From contig CAMDDJ010000004.1 in the NCBI GenBank assembly GCA_945891385.1, positions 3,932 to 67,931 of the forward strand: a stretch of DNA of 64,000 bases, in the 5' to 3' direction. Origin of the DNA: Candidatus Kuenenia stuttgartensis. GTDB lineage: Bacteria > Planctomycetota > Planctomycetia > Pirellulales > UBA1268. Below the pieces are notes generated by a model. The model was not told the origin of the DNA. It was given only the letters and a program-made list of their open reading frames with translations, and did no database searches. Made by a program: the position numbers and the translations under genes. This document shows positions 28,752 to 36,153 of this stretch, in pieces (within the stretch, counting starts at the first letter, position 1; each line of letters opens with the position of its first letter).

Positions 28752-28834
28752 TGCCGGAGGTGGGACTTGAACCCACACGCCCTTGCGGGCAACGGATTTT
28801 GAGTCCGCCGCGTCTGCCATTCCGCCACTCCGGC
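28752..28834 (-). tRNA. tRNA-Leu(CAA)
   Basis: Reverse strand reads GCCGGAGTGGCGGAATGGCAGACGCGGCGGACTCAAAATCCGTTGCCCGCAAGGGCGTGTGGGTTCAAGTCCCACCTCCGGCA. It has a 7-bp acceptor stem, anticodon loop CT-CAA-AA, a long variable arm, and a GGTTCAAGTCC T-arm. Confidence 0.9.
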
Positions 28835-28962
28835 TCGAGTCGCGACCGTTCCGGCCGCGGGCAGGATCCGCACCCAGGAGCGTACGTCCTCGGCCTCCGG
28901 TTTGCTAGCCGACCGCGGCCGAAGCGGGCGGCCGGCTACAATACCCCGACAACGGCGACGGC

Positions 28963-29886
28963 ATGCCGACCAGGCTCGATCATGCTCCCACGCCCTTCGG
29001 AGGCACATTCGTGACGATCAGGGAACCCTACGAAAACGGCCGGTTCGGCCTGTCCTTCGAACTCTTCCCGCCGAAGACTGCCGAGTCGGCTGCGGCGATG
29101 TGGCGAACGGTCGACGACCTCATGGCCTTCGAGCCGGCCCTCATCACCTGCACCTACGGCGCCGGCGGTTCGACGCGGGGCACCACGCTCGACGTGCTCC
29201 GCGGGCTCCGCGAGCGGCATCATGTGCCCGTCGCCAGTCATCTCACCTGCGTGGGTAGCACGGTCGACGAACTGCGGGCCTATCTCCGGGAGGCGGCCGA
29301 CCTGGGGGTCGCGGGAATCGTGGCGCTCCGCGGCGATCCTCCCAAAGGCGAGACGGAATTTCGACAAGCGGCCGGGGGCCTGCGGTATGCCGCCGACCTG
29401 GTGGCCCTTGTCAAAGCCGAGTTTCCCGACTTTGGCATTCTGGTGGCAGGCTACCCCGAAACCCATCAGGAGGCGACGAGCCCCACGGCCGACCTCGACA
29501 ATCTGCGTCGCAAATGCGCCGCCGGCGGCGATGTTGTCGTGACGCAATTGTTCTACGACAATGCCGACTTCTTTCGGTTTCGTGATCGCTGCCAGAACCT
29601 TGGAATCTCGGCACCGATCGTTCCGGGCATCATGCCGGTCACCAACTACGCCCAGATTCGGCGGATTGCCAGTTTGTGCAAGGCCAAACTGCCGGCAGTA
29701 TTCACGGATGCGTTCGAGGCAGCCGGCGATGACGAGACGGCGCAATTCGAGGCCGGAGTGAGTTACTCGGCCCGGCAGGTGGAGGAACTGATCGCCGGTG
29801 GCGTCCCCGGTATGCACTTCTACGTGCTCAACAAGTCGCCCGCTACGACGCGGGTGCTCGAACACGTCGGCATGCGACCGGCCTGA
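28963..29886 (+). CDS. metF: methylenetetrahydrofolate reductase
   Basis: 307 aa. Motifs: LSFELFPPKT, ITCTYGAGGSTR, VALRGDPP, GVPGMHFYVLN. Confidence 0.9.
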   Translation: MPTRLDHAPTPFGGTFVTIREPYENGRFGLSFELFPPKTAESAAAMWRTVDDLMAFEPALITCTYGAGGSTRGTTLDVLRGLRERHHVPVASHLTCVGSTVDELRAYLREAADLGVAGIVALRGDPPKGETEFRQAAGGLRYAADLVALVKAEFPDFGILVAGYPETHQEATSPTADLDNLRRKCAAGGDVVVTQLFYDNADFFRFRDRCQNLGISAPIVPGIMPVTNYAQIRRIASLCKAKLPAVFTDAFEAAGDDETAQFEAGVSYSARQVEELIAGGVPGMHFYVLNKSPATTRVLEHVGMRPA

Positions 29887-29893
29887 CGCTGAT

Positions 29894-30361
29894 TCAGCGA
29901 GGCGGCTGATCGTCGTCCATCGTGCTGATGTAGCTTCGCAGCCGTTGCAGTTCGTCGCTGACGTGGCGGAGTTTCAGCATGTTCTCGACCCGCTTCACGA
30001 GTTCGACCCGGTTGACGGGTTTCGACAGAAAATCGTCCGTGCCCGCCTCGACGGCTCGTTCGATGTCGCCCAGTTCCCCCAGGGCTGTGACCATCAGGAT
30101 CATGATTGGGCTCGTGGCCGGATCGCCCTTGAGCCGCTCACAGACCTCGAATCCCGAGAGTTTCGGCATCATCACGTCCAGCAGGATGACGTCCGGCCCG
30201 AAGGCGGAGACCTGGGCGAGCGTGTCGGCGCCGTCGACGGCCACTGCGGTGTCGCAGTCGAGATCGGCCAGATAGGCCTCGAGCAACTCCCGGTTCGGCT
30301 CGTTGTCGTCGGCGATCAGAATCCGGTGGCGCCTGCCGGAGGTGGGCGAAGGAGAGGGCAT
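29894..30361 (-). CDS. single-domain response regulator (CheY-like receiver)
   Basis: 155 aa. Motifs: RILIADDNEPNRELL, ILLDVMMPKLSGFEV (phospho-acceptor Asp), MVTALG, FLSKP. Confidence 0.9.
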   Translation of the reverse strand: MPSPSPTSGRRHRILIADDNEPNRELLEAYLADLDCDTAVAVDGADTLAQVSAFGPDVILLDVMMPKLSGFEVCERLKGDPATSPIMILMVTALGELGDIERAVEAGTDDFLSKPVNRVELVKRVENMLKLRHVSDELQRLRSYISTMDDDQPPR

Positions 30362-30394
30362 CGGTGCTTCGATTCTCTGGCGTTGGGCGGCAGC

Positions 30395-30943
30395 CTACAC
30401 GGCCTCGAACAGCGACTGGCTCTTCACGATCGCCAGGTCGTCGGGAAAGGTGTGGTACGCCTGGAGCAACAGTCCCCGAGGGCGAGTCTCCAGGTCGATC
30501 CAACTGACCGCGCCGGTCGCGAGTCGTCCGGCTGCTTCGAATCGGTGGAGCATCCCGCGCCGGCTCCCGGCAAGCAGGATCTCCTGCTGAAACGACCAGA
30601 AGAGTTCCGCGGGTACGGTCTCCAGTTGGAAACAGGTTTCATAGGTGACGCCCCCGCGGCACTGCACCCGATCGGTGCGTTCACCGGCGATCCGGTGTGA
30701 CAGCAGGCGACGCTTCTGAGGCAGCGGTTGCGAGGTGCCGGTGGCCACCTCGGTCAGGGTGGTGCCATCATGCCGCCAGGTCACGACGTGGCCTGAGTCG
30801 GTGATGCAGATCGAGGCCCGGTAGTTGCCCCGATCGATCTCCCGCGTTGCACTCACCTGGAAGAGTTCCGGGTGGAGAGAACGGCCAAACACCTGGAAGA
30901 CGAGTTCAGCCGCTTTGGGGCGAAGCGAGAGCACGGCATGCAC
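30395..30943 (-). CDS. conserved hypothetical protein (possibly DUF2617-like); start uncertain
   Basis: 3' part of ORF 30395..31519. The upstream two-thirds of that ORF overlaps the CPBP gene on the same strand in another frame. I propose the GTG start at 30943 ((M)HAVLSLRPKAAELVFQVF...). No motif supports a function. Confidence 0.45.
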   Translation of the reverse strand: MHAVLSLRPKAAELVFQVFGRSLHPELFQVSATREIDRGNYRASICITDSGHVVTWRHDGTTLTEVATGTSQPLPQKRRLLSHRIAGERTDRVQCRGGVTYETCFQLETVPAELFWSFQQEILLAGSRRGMLHRFEAAGRLATGAVSWIDLETRPRGLLLQAYHTFPDDLAIVKSQSLFEAV

Positions 30944-31074
30944 TCCGGATATTCCAGGCGAACGGTTGTCTGCGGGGCACTGCCCTGCTTGTGATCGGCG
31001 TGTCGGCCCCGACGGCCAAAACCCACGTGCTCCCAGTATACGGATCGGACCACTCTGGCAACAAAATGGTGCGT

Positions 31075-31899
31075 TCAGGCCAGACCTACGAGCATGTCGT
31101 AGGCGGCATGAGACCCGGCTGCGATCCCGAAGCCACGGAGCGAAAACAGCACCGCGAAGAAGCCGCCGGCGAGAAAGCGGAAGGTGAAACTGTAGGGATC
31201 GAAGGTATCGCCGAGCGGGCCGACGTAGTGGGCGAGGCTGAAGAGCAGACTCGAGCCGATGACGGCCTGAACCGCAGCGGCCGTGGGCCCGGCCCCGAGC
31301 CGGCGACAGCACCACGCCAAGGCCGGCAGCAGAAGCAGGCGAAACAACACCTCTTCGTAGAGGCCCGCTCCACAAAAGGCGACGAACCTGGTCATGATGC
31401 TCTCTCCCATGCCCGCCGCCAGGGGCCAGAACCGGTCCTGAGCCCGGGCGATTCCCTGGAGGATCACCGCCCAGAATCCACATTCCACGGCCATGCCGGC
31501 CAGCACGCTTCCGCTCCATTGCCAGCGATCATGCTCGACGTGATGCCAGGCCAAGAGCCCCACCACGGTCAGGACGGGAAGCAGGAAATACTCGCCGAAT
31601 CCAGCCTGATCGAGCAGCGTCCGCAGCCAGACGTCGGCCCCGTTGCGGGCCGTTCCGCGGCCAAGCACGAGCACGCCCCCCTCGTAGGCCGCCACAAGCG
31701 GGAGCGTAAACACGAGGCTGGTGAGCGGCGTGCGCGAGACGCTCCAATAACTTGAGTCGGCGATCTGGCGATCGGCACCATCATCGCCGGGCACGGATGT
31801 CGCACTGTCCAGTGCGAATGAGTCGGAGGGCTGGCGGTGATCAGCGGCCGTAGCGAGGTCGTCGACGCCGTCTGCCGAGTTGCTCGAGAATGGTTCCAA
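31075..31899 (-). CDS. CPBP (CAAX) family intramembrane glutamic endopeptidase
   Basis: 274-aa polytopic ORF. Motifs: GLYEEVLFRLLL (EExxxR), FSLAHYV (FxxxH), HAAYDMLV (HxxxD/N). Confidence 0.85.
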   Translation of the reverse strand: MEPFSSNSADGVDDLATAADHRQPSDSFALDSATSVPGDDGADRQIADSSYWSVSRTPLTSLVFTLPLVAAYEGGVLVLGRGTARNGADVWLRTLLDQAGFGEYFLLPVLTVVGLLAWHHVEHDRWQWSGSVLAGMAVECGFWAVILQGIARAQDRFWPLAAGMGESIMTRFVAFCGAGLYEEVLFRLLLLPALAWCCRRLGAGPTAAAVQAVIGSSLLFSLAHYVGPLGDTFDPYSFTFRFLAGGFFAVLFSLRGFGIAAGSHAAYDMLVGLA

Positions 31900-32405
31900 G
31901 GACTTGCGCGCGCCTTGTTGAAGGAGGTTCTTTCAGGCCCCTTTGTGCGGATCTGCAGGCCGGTAGAAGCCCCAGCACACCATGCCGAGACGCTTTCGAC
32001 AATGCTTGCACCGCTAGCAGATTTTCTTTCGGAGCAAGCGAGACGGTTTCAGAGGTTTTTTGCCGCTGGTTCCCATGCGTGCCGCAGACTTCTTGACAAG
32101 ATGAGACTGCCCCACAGAATGCGGCTCAGTGAATGTGAGAGGCCGTTCGCCATTCGCCGATCAGTCTTGGCAGAAGCAAAATTGCACGCGTGAAGAGGGG
32201 GGCGATGACTTGAGGGATCGACAGTCGACGACCCATGGTCGTGGCCTGGATGTCCCCCCCGCTTTCACGCCGGCTGCTGGGGCCGGAGGTCCCGGGATTC
32301 GCGGCCTGTTCGTGAATGTCGCGGCCTTCCGCTGCACGTGCAATTGCACGGCCGAGGCCGCGATGCGGTAGAATCTCGGCGATCTCCGTCGCGGGCAAGG
32401 TCGCC

Positions 32406-33572
32406 ATGGCACGATGCCTGATTGGGTGCGGTTCAAATCTCGGCAGCCGCCGGCAGCAGCTGGACAGGGCTCTCGAATTACTGAAGTTCATGCCGGGTGT
32501 GGAACTTCTGGCAGTGAGCCGCTTCCGGGAGACGCGGCCCATCGGTGGGCCGGTGCTCCAGAGTGCCTTTCTCAATGGCGCGTGCCTGATCGAAACCGAA
32601 CTGCCTCCCGGAGAACTGCTCGGCGCCCTCTTCGCCGTCGAGAACACGCTCGACCGCAGTCGGGAGGAACGTTGGGGGCCTCGTACGATCGATCTCGATC
32701 TGTTGCTCTACGACGAGCTCATGCTGGAATCGCCTGAGTTGACCCTGCCGCATCCGCGGATGGCGACTCGCCGCTTCGTCCTCGAGCCCTGTGCGGAGAT
32801 TGCCGGTGAGCTGCGGTATCCGCCGGTCGGGTGCACGGTGCGGGATCTGCTCGACAATATCTCAACGCCCCATCCGCTGGTGGCGGTCGTCGGCATCCCG
32901 GGGAGCGGTGCCTCCGAGGTGGCCGCGGCCATCGCGGACGCCACGCTCACCCGACTGATCCGAGCGCCGCGTCCCTTGCCACTCCAGCCACGCTGGGCGG
33001 AAGCGATCGACGTCGGTCGATCGGTGACCGCCCAGGGGCTCGCGTCGATCAACCCGCGAGAATCGGACGAGCGTCAGTGGCTCGAAGTCGTCAGGGCCTG
33101 GCAGCAGCCCCTCGCGGTGGCGGGCTGGTGCGAGGATCCGGCGGGCACGATCTGCGACTACTGGCTCGATGCTGCCTGGGCGGCGGCTGACGACGCTCTC
33201 GCTCCACAGCGCCGCGCGGCGTTCAGCGTCGGCTACGATCAACTTGCCGCCGAGGCCGTCCCGCCGCATGTGGCAATATTTCTCCAGATCAGTCCGGCAG
33301 AACTCCGCGAACGGGTCGGCTTTCGCCGCAGGAGTTCGGCCCACAGCGACGTCTTCAGCGATCTCGACGCTGCCATCGCAGGCGACGGTGACTTGGTGCA
33401 CGATGACGAGGTCGTGGATCGGCTGATCCGATTTCAGGGCCGGCTCGAGCAGCGACTCCGCTGCCCGACCCATCGGTGCCCCCAGGCGCCCAAGGCAGTG
33501 ATTACCATCGCCGGCCATGACCTCAGTCAGGCGACGGCCGACGCGACAGCGGCAGTGGAGGCGATGCTCTGA
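32406..33572 (+). CDS. folK: HPPK (2-amino-4-hydroxy-6-hydroxymethyldihydropteridine diphosphokinase) fused to a degenerate P-loop kinase-like domain
   Basis: Start at MARCLIGCGSNLG. Motifs: WGPRTIDLDLLLYD, LPHPRMATRRFVLEP. The C-terminal ~225 aa begins VAVVGIPGSGASEV (Walker-A-like, with Ala where the Lys is expected). Confidence 0.85.
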   Translation: MARCLIGCGSNLGSRRQQLDRALELLKFMPGVELLAVSRFRETRPIGGPVLQSAFLNGACLIETELPPGELLGALFAVENTLDRSREERWGPRTIDLDLLLYDELMLESPELTLPHPRMATRRFVLEPCAEIAGELRYPPVGCTVRDLLDNISTPHPLVAVVGIPGSGASEVAAAIADATLTRLIRAPRPLPLQPRWAEAIDVGRSVTAQGLASINPRESDERQWLEVVRAWQQPLAVAGWCEDPAGTICDYWLDAAWAAADDALAPQRRAAFSVGYDQLAAEAVPPHVAIFLQISPAELRERVGFRRRSSAHSDVFSDLDAAIAGDGDLVHDDEVVDRLIRFQGRLEQRLRCPTHRCPQAPKAVITIAGHDLSQATADATAAVEAML

Positions 33573-34452
33573 TGGGGGAGGCAGCGGAAGCGGCGGCTGC
33601 CCAACCCCGGCTGCTGGGCCTGCCCGGCGAGATTCGCGCCGAAGTGGTGGCCACACAGGCCCTCGGCCGCCGCGTCGGTTTTGTGCCGACGATGGGAGCC
33701 CTCCACGCCGGGCATCTGGCTCTCGTCGAACGGGCCGCAGCCGACTGTGACGACGTGGTCGTCTCGGTCTTCGTCAACCCCACGCAGTTCGGGCCGCACG
33801 AGGATTTCGCCCGTTACCCGCGGAATCTGGCGGCCGACCTGTCACTCCTGGCCGGCCGCGGCGTTCGCTGGGTGTTCGCTCCCGCCGTGGAGTCGATGTA
33901 TCCGCCGGGACACGCCACGCGCATCGAGGTTGGTGGACCGGCGATCGGGTTCGAAGGAGTGATTCGTCCTGCTCACTTCTCGGGCGTGGCTACCGTGGTC
34001 TGCCGCCTCTTCCAATGCGTGCCGGCCGACGCTGCCTACTTCGGCGCCAAGGACTGGCAGCAGACCCGGGTCGTCGCGCGGATGGTGGCGGATCTAGGCT
34101 TGCCGCTCACGGTCGTCGTCTGTCCGACCGTGCGGGAGCCTGACGGGCTGGCGATGAGTTCGAGGAACGCGTACCTATCTGCGGGCGATCGCGAGCGCGC
34201 CGTCTCACTCTCGAGGGCGGTCGCGGAGGCGGAAGCGCTCTGGTCGAGCGGTAGCGAGGTGGCAGCGATCGAGATGGCCATGCGGGCCTGCATGGTTGAC
34301 CGCGGTGTGGAGGTCGAGTACGCCGCCGTCGTCGACGCCGAGTCGCTCGGCCCCGTGTCAGCAGGAGCGGCCGTGGCCCTGGTCGCCGGCCGACTCGGCA
34401 GCACGCGACTGCTCGACAATGCACTCCTGCCCGCACGCGGGGGAAGCGGCTG

Positions 34453-34453
<1 letters not shown>
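33572..34453 (+). CDS. panC: pantoate--beta-alanine ligase
   Basis: 293 aa. Motifs: VGFVPTMGALHAGHLALV, VSVFVNPTQFGP, FGAKDWQQ. The start overlaps the folK stop (TGATG). Confidence 0.95.
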
Positions 34454-35486
<1,033 letters not shown>

Positions 35487-35490
<4 letters not shown>

Positions 35491-35810
35491 GCGACCCAGA
35501 CGCTGCCGCTGCCGGGGATGGACGCGAATCGGTTCCGGGGAGGTGGGCCAAGCCGGGCCTGGTCACGATCCGCTGCCGGGCGAACGGACCGTATGTGATC
35601 GAAGTGCCGGATGAGCCTTCCATGACCGGGGAGCCAGCCACGCCCTCCATCCGGGTGATCGACCATGAGGGCGGGGAGTTTCCCCTGCCGACCGGCAAAC
35701 GGGCCGTCGCCCTCTGCCGCTGCGGACAGTCGGGCCGCCGGCCCTGGTGTGACGGCAGCCATCGGGCTGCCGGCTTCCAGGCCGAGGATCGGGCGGGCGG
35801 CGGATCGTAA
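35487..35810 (+). CDS. CDGSH iron-sulfur domain-containing protein
   Basis: 107 aa. Contains CRCGQSGRRPWCDGSH, the CDGSH 2Fe-2S motif. There is an ATGA overlap with the lgt stop. Confidence 0.85.
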
Positions 35811-35814
35811 CCGG

Positions 35815-35944
35815 CTCCGCGAGCGTTCGCCGACCCCTCGCCTTGCCGTACCCGACCGTGGAAAACCGGCTCGGGGCGGCAAAAGTCGCGTCGCGGGCGA
35901 GGATACGCCCCGAATGCTCCGCGAGCGTTCGCCGACCCCTCGCC
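35815..35944 (+). repeat. intergenic repeat family, copy 2 (1.27 tandem units of ~102 nt)
   Basis: The 28-mer CTCCGCGAGCGTTCGCCGACCCCTCGCC occurs identically at 35815-35842 and 35917-35944. The core GGCAAAAGTCGCGTCGCGGGCGAGGATACGCCCCGAATGCTCC... spans 35878-35944. Confidence 0.9.
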
Positions 35945-36153
35945 TCAGCCTCGGGGGAAAAACGGGGTCGCACCGGATATCGAGCCTGTGATGTAGACGT
36001 AAAGTCTTCCTGGCAAAACACTTACGTCATGGCTTGGTGGCCAAAAACCGGACCGGGGGTGCCGGAACGATATGGACTGGCCCAGGAAGTACCTGTAGGG
36101 TTCTACGTCTCACCCGCCGGATTCCGGCGGCCCGCAACCGCGGACACCCTCCG

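Noticed and set aside
28662-28962. Integrase, transposase or att-type direct repeats at the tRNA-Leu edge of the putative island
   Set aside because: No recombinase-like ORF is present anywhere in 17.7-29 kb, and I found no repeat of the tRNA 3' end. The island idea therefore rests on gene content and the truncated kdpD only.
29798-30700. 300-aa plus-strand ORF spanning the response-regulator and hypothetical genes
   Set aside because: It is antisense to a receiver domain with unambiguous motifs, and its own translation is featureless.
32180-32188. Second occurrence of AATTGCACG (half of the folK palindrome) 160 nt upstream, as a possible second operator
   Set aside because: An exact 9-mer repeated within ~500 nt is expected by chance at roughly even odds, so it is not evidence on its own.
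31837-32193. 118-aa ORF, and 32129..32371 (80 aa), inside the long folK upstream spacer
   Set aside because: There are no motifs, no obvious SD and atypical composition. I kept the region as a possible regulatory or ncRNA region instead.
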